Shown in pieces: positions 37,097 through 48,821 of a DNA stretch of 64,000 nucleotides. The position numbers and the translations under genes were made by a program. The stretch is from an uncultured Heliobacteriaceae bacterium (lineage in GTDB: Bacteria; Acidobacteriota; Blastocatellia; RBC074): contig CAZWAK010000010.1 of NCBI GenBank assembly GCA_964631865.1, forward strand, positions 10,949-74,948, written 5' to 3'. The stretch's first letter is position 1. Every line of letters starts with the position of its first letter. The notes beneath the pieces are model-generated. The model did no database searches, was not told the origin of the DNA, and saw only the letters and a list, made by a program, of their open reading frames with translations.

Positions 37097-38473
37097 ATGA
37101 AAAAGAAATTATTAATTTACACAAAACATAATACGACTAAGGCCTGGAGGTATCTAGCATCCGAGCTTGAAGATGTTTCTAGCTGTGTAATAGTTAGTGA
37201 ATTTAAGAACGATGGAGATGTGTGGATAATGCCCGATTTTTACAAAAGACTTAAATATCCACAAATAGAAAATTTTCCTAGCCTTTGTCTAACTGATGGC
37301 GATTATGAGGAAATAATTCGTCGGTGCAGGTTATTGCGAAATTTGAAATATGATTTGGCTGTAAAAATGATAAGTGCCATGTGGCTGGCCATAGACGATC
37401 TTCTAAGTAAAGAACGACCAGATATAGTATTGTCGTTTACAATAGACTATTATGCGCTAGATATCTTGGAGAGAATCTCTTCTCGGAGGGGAATACCATT
37501 TTATGGGTTAATGTCCTCTATACTAAGAGACAAACTTATGATATCTGCACGAGGAGAGTATAACCAACTATATGATTCGAATGATGAGCAAGTTACGCAA
37601 GCGTTGAATGAGATGACAGCAGATGAATTTGCCCCGTTCTTATCAAAGAATCCTAAATATTCTTTAGGAAGATTTTGGTCTATAAATCTGCGCTTTATTC
37701 TTAGAAGCCACATATTTTGGATACTTCGTCACATAACTAGAGATCCAATGAATAGCCATTTCCTAATGACTAGGCTTCATGTGAGTGAGTATCGAACTGG
37801 CTTAGAAGATAGGAATGTAGTCAAGTATTTTGATAATAATTGGGAAAACAAGGTAAAGGGTGTTCCAACTGATAAGCGAGTGTTCATAGGATTGCAACAA
37901 AACCCAGAGGCATCAATAGATTACTGGGTACATAATATAGAGTTGATTGACTATGAGGCTGTGCTGCATCGATTAATTGACAGTCTGTCGGTGGAAGGGT
38001 TTACAATACTAATAAAAGACCACCCTAATATGTTTGCATTAAGAAAGCTAGGTTTAATTAAAGGATTACAGGGCAAGCCTAATACTATAATGCTTCCATA
38101 TGAAGCAAGATCGCAACATTTAGTCCGAGAGTGCGGATTCACTTTTACTTGGACTGGAACAATAGGATTGCAAGCGGCTTTAGCTGGCAACTGTGCCATA
38201 GTTACCAATCCATACTATGCAACAGAGGAAGAGTTTCTTATTATAAGAAATCTTAAGGATATTGATTTAATCCCTCATAAGCTTTCTTCCCGCAAGAGGG
38301 AGGATTATATGGGGCCGATACGTGAAAAGTTGGCAAAACGAGTCTCGGATGGCTCATTACCCGGGAGCTTATTAGCTCATTACTGGCTTAGATTTTCAAT
38401 GGGCGAGGCAGAAAAAGTGAATCAGATTAAAACAGTAGCGAGGTCATTATCTAAGTATTTTAGAACACGTTAG
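37097..38473 (+). CDS. hypothetical protein; candidate CMP-nonulosonic-acid glycosyltransferase (possibly capsule-synthesis KpsC/KpsS-like fold)
   Basis: 458 aa soluble protein, AT-rich, between wzx and wzy; no firm motif match (weak resemblance only). Confidence 0.3.
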   Translation: MKKKLLIYTKHNTTKAWRYLASELEDVSSCVIVSEFKNDGDVWIMPDFYKRLKYPQIENFPSLCLTDGDYEEIIRRCRLLRNLKYDLAVKMISAMWLAIDDLLSKERPDIVLSFTIDYYALDILERISSRRGIPFYGLMSSILRDKLMISARGEYNQLYDSNDEQVTQALNEMTADEFAPFLSKNPKYSLGRFWSINLRFILRSHIFWILRHITRDPMNSHFLMTRLHVSEYRTGLEDRNVVKYFDNNWENKVKGVPTDKRVFIGLQQNPEASIDYWVHNIELIDYEAVLHRLIDSLSVEGFTILIKDHPNMFALRKLGLIKGLQGKPNTIMLPYEARSQHLVRECGFTFTWTGTIGLQAALAGNCAIVTNPYYATEEEFLIIRNLKDIDLIPHKLSSRKREDYMGPIREKLAKRVSDGSLPGSLLAHYWLRFSMGEAEKVNQIKTVARSLSKYFRTR

Positions 38474-38666
38474 CTTTGCGGCTGTTTTGTAAAAAAGTAA
38501 TGTTTAGAAAATTTGGTATACCATTAACGTGAGTAGGGTAAATATTTTCTCTGAATAAATATTAAGACTTGCGATCTCGATGCAGTGGCTGTTGAGGAGT
38601 GCTTGAGAGAGAACTTTATTATTACAAAAGATCCTAAAGTGTGAAAGTAAAGAACAAAAGTGTATT

Positions 38667-40076
38667 ATGAATCCTGTTAATAATAGTTTCATTGCGAGTA
38701 ACTTCAGAAGTATCTTTATAGTAAAGCACATAGTACTAATTATGTCATCTCCGATAAGATTAATAGTTGCAATATGGCTGTGTGCAATTGCGCTTTATCT
38801 TATTAGCCCTGTAGAGTATCCTGTTAATGTGAGAAGCGATGGTTGGGGATTTATAATTGCCTGCATTTTATTTTTCTGTTTAGGAGTACTCTTTTATCAA
38901 AGAAAGGCAATGCGATTTAACTGTGCTGAGCAGTATTCGTTGAGCGATTATAAAGATATTAACAACATTATCACTTGGTGTTCTATATTGGGCATGATCG
39001 GGTGTTTGAGTATATTATATGATAAAGTATTTCTTTCAGGGCTAGATTATTCCCTTGGCATTACAGACGTACGGTATCAACGAGAGGCTGACGCAGCAAT
39101 AGGCATTGGGTCTAATAGCTCTTTTCTAACTTATTTAGGATTTGTACTATATTCTTTTAGTAGTGTATCTTGGTTATTATTGTTGCTTTATGGTGATAAA
39201 GTGACGATGAGAGGAGTATTGTTTGGAGTAATTTCTTCTTTGCCAATTCCCGCTGTAGCAACATTGTTTGGGGGGCGAGGGCCTATCGTACAATTATTAG
39301 GACTTAGTGTTGGTGCGTTAGTATTGCGAGTATTAAGTAATCAGACTGCCCTTCCTGCTGTTAGGTATTTACGCCCTTTTCTAGTAGCTTTCATTTTATC
39401 TACTTTAATATACAATGGCTATGTTACAGCTACTCGCAGGCAATACTCCGGTTTAAGAGATGTTTCAACTCAAATGACTCACTTAGATGTCACATATGGA
39501 ATACGCCCCTCAGAGTGGTATAGAAAAGCAATAGATGACGAAATCCTTCCGTCTGATGTCATGTTAGATGTGTTTAGCGCTTTTGTCTACTACACGCATG
39601 CTTTGCCAACGCTACAACTTGTCCTTGAAAAATCAGAAGACATTAGCCTTTATTATGGTCAAAATCAATTTAATTTAGCTTTCGTCATTTTGGAGAGAAC
39701 TATACCTACTATGAGTATGAGGGCAAATGCAAACAGTGAGTTGGCTGAATTGACTGGACTGTTTTCATCGGCTTGGGGAATGCTATTTGTAGATTATGGT
39801 TTAATAGGCTCTTTAATTGAGGTTTTTATCCTAGGCTGGTTAAGCGGCATGGTTTATTATAAAGCCCAATACCGCCAAAGCCTTCTGGCTAAGTTGCTCT
39901 TTTGTTTTGTTGTGATGTCGATACTATTTAGCCCGCTTAGTGCCCCATTTGGCATAGGAAACGCAGCCTTGGTCTTCGTTTCAATGATTCTTGCACAGTT
40001 ATTTTTATTAATCCGACCTCGCTCTCAGCAGTTAAGTAATAATTTAGGGGCAGTTCAATTTTCTACTTTTGACTAA
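38667..40076 (+). CDS. wzy: O-antigen/EPS repeat-unit polymerase (Wzy-like) candidate
   Basis: 469 aa polytopic membrane protein with large periplasmic-type loop, AT-rich, adjacent to wzx. Confidence 0.45.
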   Translation: MNPVNNSFIASNFRSIFIVKHIVLIMSSPIRLIVAIWLCAIALYLISPVEYPVNVRSDGWGFIIACILFFCLGVLFYQRKAMRFNCAEQYSLSDYKDINNIITWCSILGMIGCLSILYDKVFLSGLDYSLGITDVRYQREADAAIGIGSNSSFLTYLGFVLYSFSSVSWLLLLLYGDKVTMRGVLFGVISSLPIPAVATLFGGRGPIVQLLGLSVGALVLRVLSNQTALPAVRYLRPFLVAFILSTLIYNGYVTATRRQYSGLRDVSTQMTHLDVTYGIRPSEWYRKAIDDEILPSDVMLDVFSAFVYYTHALPTLQLVLEKSEDISLYYGQNQFNLAFVILERTIPTMSMRANANSELAELTGLFSSAWGMLFVDYGLIGSLIEVFILGWLSGMVYYKAQYRQSLLAKLLFCFVVMSILFSPLSAPFGIGNAALVFVSMILAQLFLLIRPRSQQLSNNLGAVQFSTFD

Positions 40077-40217
40077 CCTTGGTACCCTAAGAATTTCGAG
40101 GATCTAACTAATCCTGAGCTTCTATTTATAGCCTAGTACTAGAAATCAAACTCACTAAGAAACCAATTTGTAAACAAAACTTCCATATTCTATTAGGCCT
40201 TTGTTTAATAAATTGAA

Positions 40218-41474
40218 ATGGAGTTCTTTGCTTTGAAAGTTGTCATCATTACTTGTGTCTACCCGCCTGAGCCAGTAGTCTCAAGCCAAACAAGCCACCA
40301 AATAGCTGAAGAGTTAGCTCAGCGTGGGCATGAAGTAACAGTTATTGCTCCTTTTCCAAATCGGCCTGCTGGAAAACTTTACTCAGGCTACACGCGGAAG
40401 CTGGGCTTTCAACGAACACGCGGAATAAATGGGATAAATTTAGTTCGGTGCGCGTCCTTCCTATCGCCACGTTCTACAATGATTAGCCGATTGCTCGAAA
40501 ATATTTCATTTGGTCTTACTTCTAATATTGCGGTTCTATTCTTACCTAAGGCAGATGTAATTTACTCAAATTCATGGCCATTATTGGCTACAGGCCTGAC
40601 TGCTTTAATAGCAAAATTATACGATTCCTCACTTATAATAAGCGTGCAAGATGTTTACCCTGAGTCATTACTCTCTCAGCATCGTGCATTGATTAACCGA
40701 TGGTTTATTAGTGTTTTATCTAAACTTGACAGATTTGTTGCTCATAATAGTAAAGCGCTGGTAGTAATATCTGATTACTTTAAGGAGATTTATCGGAATA
40801 CTCGTCAGGTAGAAGAAAGAAAAATACACATTATTCCAAATTGGATTCAAGAAGCAGAGCCAAAAAGTACGAATAATGCGAGAAATTATCGGAGCGATCA
40901 TAGTATCTCTAATAGTTCGTTTGTTATAGCCTATGGGGGAAATATAGGAGTAGCAGCAGGTGTTGAAACTGTTATTGACTCGTATCGCTATTTTAATGGT
41001 GTTCGTCCATATACAATCATCGCCGGGCAAGGAAGTTGTCTACCCATATGCCAGACTCTTGTGCGGGAATTAAATGATGATAGGATCATTATTCATACAC
41101 CTTGGCATTCTGAGGATACGAATTATGTTCTAGAAGCTGCAAATATTCTAATACTACCAACTCGTGGCGCGCAATCAATGGTATCTGTTCCTTCCAAGCT
41201 ATTGTCTTATATGCTTGCCGGTAAGCCTGTAATAGCGCTTGCCTTACCGCACAGCGAAGTTGCTCGAATTATTGAGAAATCTAATTGCGGATGGATTGTC
41301 TCTCCAGATCGCCCTGATATATTGGCAGAACATATCAAGATGATAATGACACTGCCAGACTCTGAGTTGAAAAAACGAGGGCAGCAGGGCTTGGAATATG
41401 TACAACAGAATTTGACGGATAAAATCTGTCTTCCGCGGATTATAGAAATAATAGAAAATGCCGCAAAACACTGA
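40218..41474 (+). CDS. glycosyltransferase family 4 (WbuB-like, GT-B)
   Basis: N-terminal VVIITCVYPPEPVVSSQTSHQIAEELAQRGHEVTVIAP typical of GT4_WbuB; C-terminal E-x7-E region (PSKLLSYMLAGKPVIA). Confidence 0.8.
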   Translation: MEFFALKVVIITCVYPPEPVVSSQTSHQIAEELAQRGHEVTVIAPFPNRPAGKLYSGYTRKLGFQRTRGINGINLVRCASFLSPRSTMISRLLENISFGLTSNIAVLFLPKADVIYSNSWPLLATGLTALIAKLYDSSLIISVQDVYPESLLSQHRALINRWFISVLSKLDRFVAHNSKALVVISDYFKEIYRNTRQVEERKIHIIPNWIQEAEPKSTNNARNYRSDHSISNSSFVIAYGGNIGVAAGVETVIDSYRYFNGVRPYTIIAGQGSCLPICQTLVRELNDDRIIIHTPWHSEDTNYVLEAANILILPTRGAQSMVSVPSKLLSYMLAGKPVIALALPHSEVARIIEKSNCGWIVSPDRPDILAEHIKMIMTLPDSELKKRGQQGLEYVQQNLTDKICLPRIIEIIENAAKH

Positions 41475-41484
41475 GGCAAGGACG

Positions 41485-42084
41485 ATGACTATTGCTATCC
41501 GTGCTATGCTTCCACAGGATATTCCTTCCGTAGTAGATGTTCACTTACAAGCATTTCAGAACTTTTTTCTTTCTTCACTTGGTCACGCATTTCTTCAAGA
41601 ACTCTACACTTCGATATTAAATGATCCCTCTGGAATGAGTTATGTTGCAATTGTAGAAGGGCAGCTAATCGGTTTTGTAGCCGGTACAGATCAGCCTGCA
41701 GGGTTTTATCGGCGGCTAATCAAGCAAAGATGGTGGCGATTTGGTTTGGCATCTATTCTTCCAGTTTTACGCCAACCAACTATTATTCCGAGGCTCTTGC
41801 GTGCTTTTACCATGCCACAACAAGTTGCTAGAGGAGATCAAATAGCTACGCTGATGTCAATTGCTGTTTTGCCCGAAACACAAGGACAGCAGCTTGGTAA
41901 AAAACTTGTTTCCGCCTTTCTTGAGGAATGTCGTAGGCGGGAAATAAATCAGGTTAACCTAACAACAGATCGTTTGAAGAATGATTTTGTTAATGAATTT
42001 TATCTCCGCATGGGATTTCAGTGCATCAACTCTTTTACGACTCTTGAAGGCCGTGAGATGAATGAATACCAAATTATTTTATGA
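41485..42084 (+). CDS. GNAT family N-acetyltransferase (possible PglD-like acetylase of the 4-amino sugar)
   Basis: Acetyl-CoA site QGQQLGKKLVSAF (Q/RxxGxG/A); start set at MTIAIRAM. Confidence 0.6.
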   Translation: MTIAIRAMLPQDIPSVVDVHLQAFQNFFLSSLGHAFLQELYTSILNDPSGMSYVAIVEGQLIGFVAGTDQPAGFYRRLIKQRWWRFGLASILPVLRQPTIIPRLLRAFTMPQQVARGDQIATLMSIAVLPETQGQQLGKKLVSAFLEECRRREINQVNLTTDRLKNDFVNEFYLRMGFQCINSFTTLEGREMNEYQIIL

Positions 42085-42162
42085 CTTGCGGTAGAGTTTG
42101 TGCCCCGCATATTCCTGCATTGAAAGCTCTGTAATTATTTATTTGCTAAATCAAGAAAGACA

Positions 42163-43368
42163 TTGATGACGCCCAATATTTCTCTCTCTGCGCGCTCAAC
42201 TTATCTTCCATTTACGCTACCCGATGTTGGCCAGGAAGAATTTGAACAGGTTAAAGAATCGCTTGAATCGGGTTGGTTAACAACTGGTCCAAAAACCAAA
42301 CAATTTGAGGCAGAATTTGCTGCGGCAGTAGGGGCCAAGCATGCAATTGCTGTTAATTCATGCACTGCTGCCCTACATCTTTCGTTAGAAGCAGTTGGCG
42401 TGAGGCAAGGTGATGAGGTCATCACTACTCCATATACTTTTGCTGCTAGTGCCGAGGTAATTCGCTATTTTGATGCCACACCCGTACTGGTAGATGTCGA
42501 TAAGAGATGCTTGAATATTAAGCCCGATCTAATTGAATCTGCAATCACTTCGCGGACAAGGGCAATTCTACCAGTTCATATTGCCGGGCTGCCTGCTGAA
42601 ATAGATGCCATTTATAAGATTGCAGCTAAATATGGACTTGCTGTAATCGAGGATGCTGCACATGCATTCCCTACAAAATACAAGGGTCAGTTTATTGGAA
42701 ATACAAATAGTCAAGACGTAAAAGCTGCTGTGTGCTTTAGTTTCTACGCGACGAAAACTATTTCGACAGGTGAAGGCGGCATGATCTGCACGGAAGATGA
42801 TGATATCGCAGATCGCTGCCGCATTATGGCCTTACACGGGATTAGCCGCGATGCCTGGAAGAGATATACAGCAGAAGGATCGTGGTACTACGAAATTATT
42901 GCCCCCGGCTATAAATATAACTTTACCGATATTGCTGCCGGAGTAGGAATCGCCCAACTCCATAAGGCAGAGAAAATGTGGAAGAGGAGATGCGAAATAG
43001 CCTCGCATTATGATAGTGCCTTTGCAGGTCAAACGGCATTGGAGACACCGTTTAATCGGGCAGATTGTCAACATTCTTGGCATTTGTATATGCTGCGCCT
43101 CAATTTGGAACGACTTAAGATTGACCGTAATCGGTTTATTGAAGAGTTAAAAGCACGTAATATAGGAGTGAGTGTTCACTTTATTCCTCTCCATCTACAC
43201 CCCTACTATCGCGAAAAGTACGGCTATAAGTCAGAGGATTACCCTGTTTCGTACAGTGAATATCTCCGTGAAATCTCACTTCCAATTTATTCAAAAATGA
43301 CTGATCAAGATATTCGGGATGTCATTGATGCTATACTTGGAATATGTCAACAATTTAAGAACACTTGA
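42163..43368 (+). CDS. DegT/DnrJ/EryC1 family sugar 4-aminotransferase (PglE/WbpE-like)
   Basis: LPDVGQEEFEQVKESLESGWLTTGPK, PLP-Lys context SFYATKTIS. Confidence 0.85.
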   Translation: MMTPNISLSARSTYLPFTLPDVGQEEFEQVKESLESGWLTTGPKTKQFEAEFAAAVGAKHAIAVNSCTAALHLSLEAVGVRQGDEVITTPYTFAASAEVIRYFDATPVLVDVDKRCLNIKPDLIESAITSRTRAILPVHIAGLPAEIDAIYKIAAKYGLAVIEDAAHAFPTKYKGQFIGNTNSQDVKAAVCFSFYATKTISTGEGGMICTEDDDIADRCRIMALHGISRDAWKRYTAEGSWYYEIIAPGYKYNFTDIAAGVGIAQLHKAEKMWKRRCEIASHYDSAFAGQTALETPFNRADCQHSWHLYMLRLNLERLKIDRNRFIEELKARNIGVSVHFIPLHLHPYYREKYGYKSEDYPVSYSEYLREISLPIYSKMTDQDIRDVIDAILGICQQFKNT

Positions 43369-43378
43369 AGAGAAGTTT

Positions 43379-43966
43379 ATGGGACGCATCTTTGATGTGA
43401 TTATTGCTGGATTAGGTATCCTGATTTTATTACCCCTTTTGGGTCTCGTCGCATTAGCAATAAAATTACATGATGGTGGGGCGATATTTTACCGGGCGAG
43501 GCGAGTGGGGAAGAATGGTGAGATTTTCCGGCTCTATAAGTTTCGTACAATGGTGATGAATGCAGATCGTCAGGGCGCAGCAATTACGTCACGAGGCGAT
43601 ACGCGGATTACCCCAATTGGAAAATGGCTTAGAAAAACCAAACTTGATGAATTGCCACAACTTGTTAATGTCGTGCTTGGGGATATGCGATTGGTTGGGC
43701 CAAGACCGGAAGACCCAGCCTATGTCGCGCTCTATGATCGGTCTCAACGGAGAGTTTTGGACTTCTATCCCGGAATTACAAGCATGGCTTCGATTGCTTA
43801 CAGAAATGAAGCACAAATATTGTCAACACTTGATTGGGAGGAAAAATATCGCAATGAAGTCCTGCCTGCGAAGCTAGCAATAGATATAGAGTACTTAAAT
43901 CGGAGAAATCTGCTTACAGATATAAGGGTAATATTGAAAACGATATCTGTCATAATATCTAAATAA
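43379..43966 (+). CDS. undecaprenyl-phosphate sugar phosphotransferase, small PglC/WbaP-C type (initiating transferase)
   Basis: [19 protein letters not shown]... [17 protein letters not shown]...DELPQL..VL.GDMSLVGPRPE canonical bacterial sugar transferase motifs. Confidence 0.85.
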   Translation: MGRIFDVIIAGLGILILLPLLGLVALAIKLHDGGAIFYRARRVGKNGEIFRLYKFRTMVMNADRQGAAITSRGDTRITPIGKWLRKTKLDELPQLVNVVLGDMRLVGPRPEDPAYVALYDRSQRRVLDFYPGITSMASIAYRNEAQILSTLDWEEKYRNEVLPAKLAIDIEYLNRRNLLTDIRVILKTISVIISK

Positions 43967-43980
43967 TTAAAGGAGTAAGT

Positions 43981-44997
43981 ATGAAGAAAGCATTGATCAC
44001 AGGAATAACCGGGCAGGACGGCAGTTACTTGACGGAACTGCTACTCAGCAAAGGCTACAGTGTTTATGGAATTATTCGCCGTTCCAGTTCGTTCAATACC
44101 GACCGCATTGACCATATCTATCAAGACCCGCATATCGCTGGACGCCGCCTACATTTGGTTTATGGTGATTTGAATGATGCCAGTTCGCTGAACAAAATCC
44201 TACGTGATGTCAAGCCAGATGAAATCTATAACCTCGGTGCGCAATCGCACGTTCGCGTCAGCTTTGACATCCCGGAATATACTGCTGAAGTTTGTGCGCT
44301 CGGTACGCTTCGCTTATTAGAAGCGATTCGGGATACAGGCATTAACACCAAATTTTATCAGGCCTCTTCTTCAGAACTGTATGGCAAAGTGCAAGAAGTG
44401 CCTCAGAAAGAAACCACGCCATTTTATCCGCGCAGTCCATACGCAGCGGCAAAGCTCTATGCCTATTGGATTACGGTGAATTATCGGGAAAGCTATGGCC
44501 TGTTTGCCTGCAACGGAATTCTGTTCAATCACGAAAGCCCACGACGCGGCGAAACCTTTGTGACGCGCAAAGTGACAAAAGGAGCGGCTGCCATTAAGCT
44601 GGGGCTGCAAGACAAACTCTATCTCGGCAATCTCGACGCCAAGCGCGATTGGGGCTATGCGGGCGATTATGTCGAGGCGATGTGGTTGATGCTGCAACAG
44701 GACAAACCTGACGATTTTGTCATTGCCACAGGCGAAACCTATTCGATCCGCGATTTGCTGGACGAAGCCTTCGGACATCTGGGTTTGGACTGGCATCCAT
44801 ACGTCGAAATTGATCCGCGCTACTATCGTCCCGCCGAAGTGGATTTGTTGATTGGCGATCCCACCAAAGCGCGCACTAAGCTGGGCTGGGAACCCAAAGT
44901 GAAATTCCAGGACCTCGTGAAAATGATGGTGGACGCGGATGTAGCAGCGTTACAAGGAGCACAACCGTTAAAGGCAACGCATCGTTCGGCGATGTAA
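43981..44997 (+). CDS. gmd: GDP-mannose 4,6-dehydratase
   Basis: [22 protein letters not shown]..., Yxxx[13 protein letters not shown] Gmd signatures. Confidence 0.9.
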   Translation: MKKALITGITGQDGSYLTELLLSKGYSVYGIIRRSSSFNTDRIDHIYQDPHIAGRRLHLVYGDLNDASSLNKILRDVKPDEIYNLGAQSHVRVSFDIPEYTAEVCALGTLRLLEAIRDTGINTKFYQASSSELYGKVQEVPQKETTPFYPRSPYAAAKLYAYWITVNYRESYGLFACNGILFNHESPRRGETFVTRKVTKGAAAIKLGLQDKLYLGNLDAKRDWGYAGDYVEAMWLMLQQDKPDDFVIATGETYSIRDLLDEAFGHLGLDWHPYVEIDPRYYRPAEVDLLIGDPTKARTKLGWEPKVKFQDLVKMMVDADVAALQGAQPLKATHRSAM

Positions 44998-45006
44998 TTC
45001 ATGTTT

Positions 45007-45131
45007 GCCACGAATTACACGAATAAACACGAATTATCCTGAGGCTGAGAAGGGGGAATTGGCGCGAAAGAGGCTGGACTCTCCCTTTCCCAATCCAAAG
45101 AAATTCGTGTGAATTCGTGGAATTTCGTGGC
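45007..45131. repeat. MITE-like element between gmd and fcl
   Basis: GCCACGAATTACACGAATAAACACGAAT ... AATTCGTGTGAATTCGTGGAATTTCGTGGC. Confidence 0.8.
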
Positions 45132-45134
45132 TGA

Positions 45135-46106
<972 letters not shown>

Positions 46107-46171
46107 TTCTTAGCCGTTCGCACGTTTTGCCCCTGCGTCTCCATCTATTTCGCCCCTAATCCTCATTTTCT

Positions 46172-48073
46172 ATGTCACGCTTGCGCAATCGCTACTTCCT
46201 TTTCTTTGATCTGATTCTAATTCCAGTAGCTGCTTACCTTAGCTATTTCGTTCGTTTGGATAGTGTAGATTTCTCTCCATACTGGGAAGGTTTTTCCATT
46301 TTTACTACTTTGGCTTGTATTGTGACACCAATAGTATTCTGGCGCTTTGGGATTTATACCCGCTATTGGCGTTATGCTTCGGTGGAAGAGCTTTCCTTGT
46401 TGGCTGCTGCGGTTGTCGTTTCAAGTATCTTATGTGGCATTTCGGGGGGGGCTTTGCGTTATGCCATCAGCGGGACAACCATCTTGCCGCGTTCGATTCC
46501 CTTGATCTTTTCCTTTCTGGCCCTGAGCTTGCTTTCCTTGCCGCGTTTGGCCGCACGTGTTTCGGCAAATGGAGAATATCCCCGTCGGCGGGCTACGGAT
46601 TTGAATGATCCGACGATTACTCCGGTGTTGATTGTGGGCGCGGGGGATGCGGGCGCGATTATTGCGCGGGAAATTCGGCAGAATCCGAAAACCGGGATAT
46701 CCGCCGTTGGGTTTATTGACGATGATCCGCTCAAAAAAGATGTGCGCATTCACGGCATTCAGGTCATCGGTAAACGGCTGGATATTCCTCGGTTGGTGAA
46801 AGATTTACAGGTGCGGCAGGTCATTATTGCGATGCCGACCGCGTCAAGTTCTATCATTCGCGAAGTCGTGAATTTAGCGCGACAGGCGGGCGTTCCGACC
46901 AAAATTGTTCCCGCGCTGCATCAATTGCTGGGTGGCAAAATTGGTGTTGGGCAATTGCGCGATGTCCAGATCGAAGACCTTTTGCGGCGCAAACCTGTCG
47001 AAACGGATACCGCTGCGGTCGGGGAATTGTTGCGCGACAAACGGGTGATGGTGACGGGTGGGGGCGGTTCGATTGGCGGCGAACTCTGTCGGCAAGTGAT
47101 TCAGTTTCAACCGCGCGAATTGATTATCCTGGGGCATGGGGAAAACAGCGTCTTTGAAATTGAACAGGAGTTGCGACAAACCGCTCGGACACAGGGCTAC
47201 ACGACCGAGATTCGCACTGTGATCGCGGATATTCGGATGCCGGAGCGGTTGGATATGGTCTTTGATGTGCATCGTCCGCACATCGTATTTCACGCAGCGG
47301 CGCATAAACATGTGCCGTTGATGGAATGCAATCCTTCCGAGGCAATCACGAACAATGTGTTGGGCACGCGCAATGTAGTGCAGGCGTCATTGGAATATAA
47401 TGTGGAACGCTTTGTGATGATTTCTTCGGACAAGGCGGTGAACCCGACCAGTGTGATGGGTGCCAGCAAACGCGCGGCGGAATTGTTGGTGCATCAGGCC
47501 GCAACGATCAGCGGCAAGCCGTTTATGGCGGTGCGTTTTGGCAATGTGTTGGGCAGCCGGGGCAGCGTGATTCTGACCTTCAAAAAACAAATTGCGCAGG
47601 GCGGCCCCGTCACGATTACTGACCCGGAAATGAAGCGATATTTCATGACGATTCCCGAAGCTGTGCAATTGGTGTTGCAGGCCGGGGAATTGGGGCGCGG
47701 CGGCGAAGTGTTTGTGTTGGATATGGGCGAACCCGTCAAGATCGTAGATATTGCGCGCGATCTGATTACACTGTCGGGACTGGAGATTGGGAAGGACATT
47801 GACATCGCCTTCACGGGGATTCGTCCGGGCGAAAAACTCTTCGAGGAAATCTTTACGCCCAACGAAGAGTACGAACGCACGCGCCACGAAAAGATTTTTA
47901 TTGCCAGCAATGCCAGCACGCTCGTGCCCGCCAATTTAAATGCAGCCATTCAGAACTTCACCGAGGCCGTCCAAACCGATGACCCGGAAGCCATTATTGC
48001 GCATCTGCAACGTCTGATCCCGGAATTCCAACGAACGAAGGTGGAATTAGCGGCGGTGAATACGGGGTCGTAA
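46172..48073 (+). CDS. membrane-anchored UDP-GlcNAc 4,6-dehydratase (WbpM/PglF/CapD long form)
   Basis: 4 N-terminal TM helices then two Rossmann/SDR domains (VLIVGAGDAG; VMVTGGGGSIGGEL; YxxxK). Confidence 0.9.
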   Translation: MSRLRNRYFLFFDLILIPVAAYLSYFVRLDSVDFSPYWEGFSIFTTLACIVTPIVFWRFGIYTRYWRYASVEELSLLAAAVVVSSILCGISGGALRYAISGTTILPRSIPLIFSFLALSLLSLPRLAARVSANGEYPRRRATDLNDPTITPVLIVGAGDAGAIIAREIRQNPKTGISAVGFIDDDPLKKDVRIHGIQVIGKRLDIPRLVKDLQVRQVIIAMPTASSSIIREVVNLARQAGVPTKIVPALHQLLGGKIGVGQLRDVQIEDLLRRKPVETDTAAVGELLRDKRVMVTGGGGSIGGELCRQVIQFQPRELIILGHGENSVFEIEQELRQTARTQGYTTEIRTVIADIRMPERLDMVFDVHRPHIVFHAAAHKHVPLMECNPSEAITNNVLGTRNVVQASLEYNVERFVMISSDKAVNPTSVMGASKRAAELLVHQAATISGKPFMAVRFGNVLGSRGSVILTFKKQIAQGGPVTITDPEMKRYFMTIPEAVQLVLQAGELGRGGEVFVLDMGEPVKIVDIARDLITLSGLEIGKDIDIAFTGIRPGEKLFEEIFTPNEEYERTRHEKIFIASNASTLVPANLNAAIQNFTEAVQTDDPEAIIAHLQRLIPEFQRTKVELAAVNTGS

Positions 48074-48076
48074 GAG

Positions 48077-48186
48077 AGTAGACGGTAGACGGTAGACGGT
48101 AGATGGTAGATGGTAGACGGTAGATGGTAGACGGTAGATGGTAGTTAGTAGATGGTGGTTGGTGGTTGGTGGTCGGTGGTCGGTTG
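48077..48186. repeat. heptanucleotide tandem array: (GTAGACG/GTAGATG)x~10 then (GGTGGTT/GGTGGTC)x5, followed by (GACTTTCCTC)x3
   Basis: read directly after wbpM stop. Confidence 0.9.
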
Positions 48187-48268
48187 GCTTGCATTGATTT
48201 CTTCAGCCTTCCCCAGACTTTCCTCGACTTTCCTCGACTTTCTTGGGCTTTATCAGTGGGCTGCGGAC

Positions 48269-48544
48269 ATGAAACGCACGACTGAGAAGCACTGGCCTAC
48301 TACGGCTTCCGCACGTCGCACGGACGATAATCTGTGCAAACGGCTGGCGGAAGACTACCCCGAACAATTTGCGCGTTGGTTGTTTGATGTGCGCGGTCCC
48401 GTCAGAGTCGAAAAGACGAAACTGAGCCGTGATCCGATTCGGGCGGACTCCGTCATTTTTTCGAGCGCAGAAAATGAAACCTTGCCTACCGAATTCCAAG
48501 CCACGCGGAAAAGCGAGGTGGCGCTGCCCTTGCGGTTCCTGTGA
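48269..48544 (+). pseudogene. N-terminal fragment (~90 aa) of Rpn/YhgA-like PD-(D/E)XK putative transposase; C-terminal part displaced 900 bp downstream
   Basis: MKRTTEKHWPTTASARRTDDNLCKRLAEDYPEQFARWLFDVRGPVRVEKTKLSRDPIRADSVIFS...PLRFL-stop; nt 48350-48540 re-occur at 49430-49620. Confidence 0.5.
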
Positions 48545-48569
48545 TACAATACAGGTGGAGGCTAGTGCA

Positions 48570-48821
48570 ATGAAGAATCTCTATCCAAGTTATATGGGTA
48601 AAATCATCAATGGTGTGATCGTGTTGGAAGCCGACGCGACTTTACCGGAAGGCGCAGGCGTGAAAGTAGAGATACTGGAAGCGCACCCCGGACCGACCGC
48701 TGCCAGTCCTTTGGGCGAGCTTTTATTGAAGTATGCCGGGGTGATTGACGATTTGCCTGCCGATCTAGCCAAAAATCATGATCATTATTTGTATGGTTCC
48801 CCTAAAGTGGATGAGAAATGA
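48570..48821 (+). CDS. type II antitoxin (VapB-like, DHYLYGSPK motif)
   Basis: 83 aa; C-terminal NHDHYLYGSPKVDEK; 4-bp overlap with PIN gene. Confidence 0.6.
   Translation: MKNLYPSYMGKIINGVIVLEADATLPEGAGVKVEILEAHPGPTAASPLGELLLKYAGVIDDLPADLAKNHDHYLYGSPKVDEK

Noticed and set aside
48429-48569. ORF 48429..48821 N-terminal extension (MIRFGRTPSFF...)
   Set aside because: Upstream part overlaps the Rpn fragment in another frame; antitoxin more plausibly starts at ATG 48570 (MKNLYPSY)
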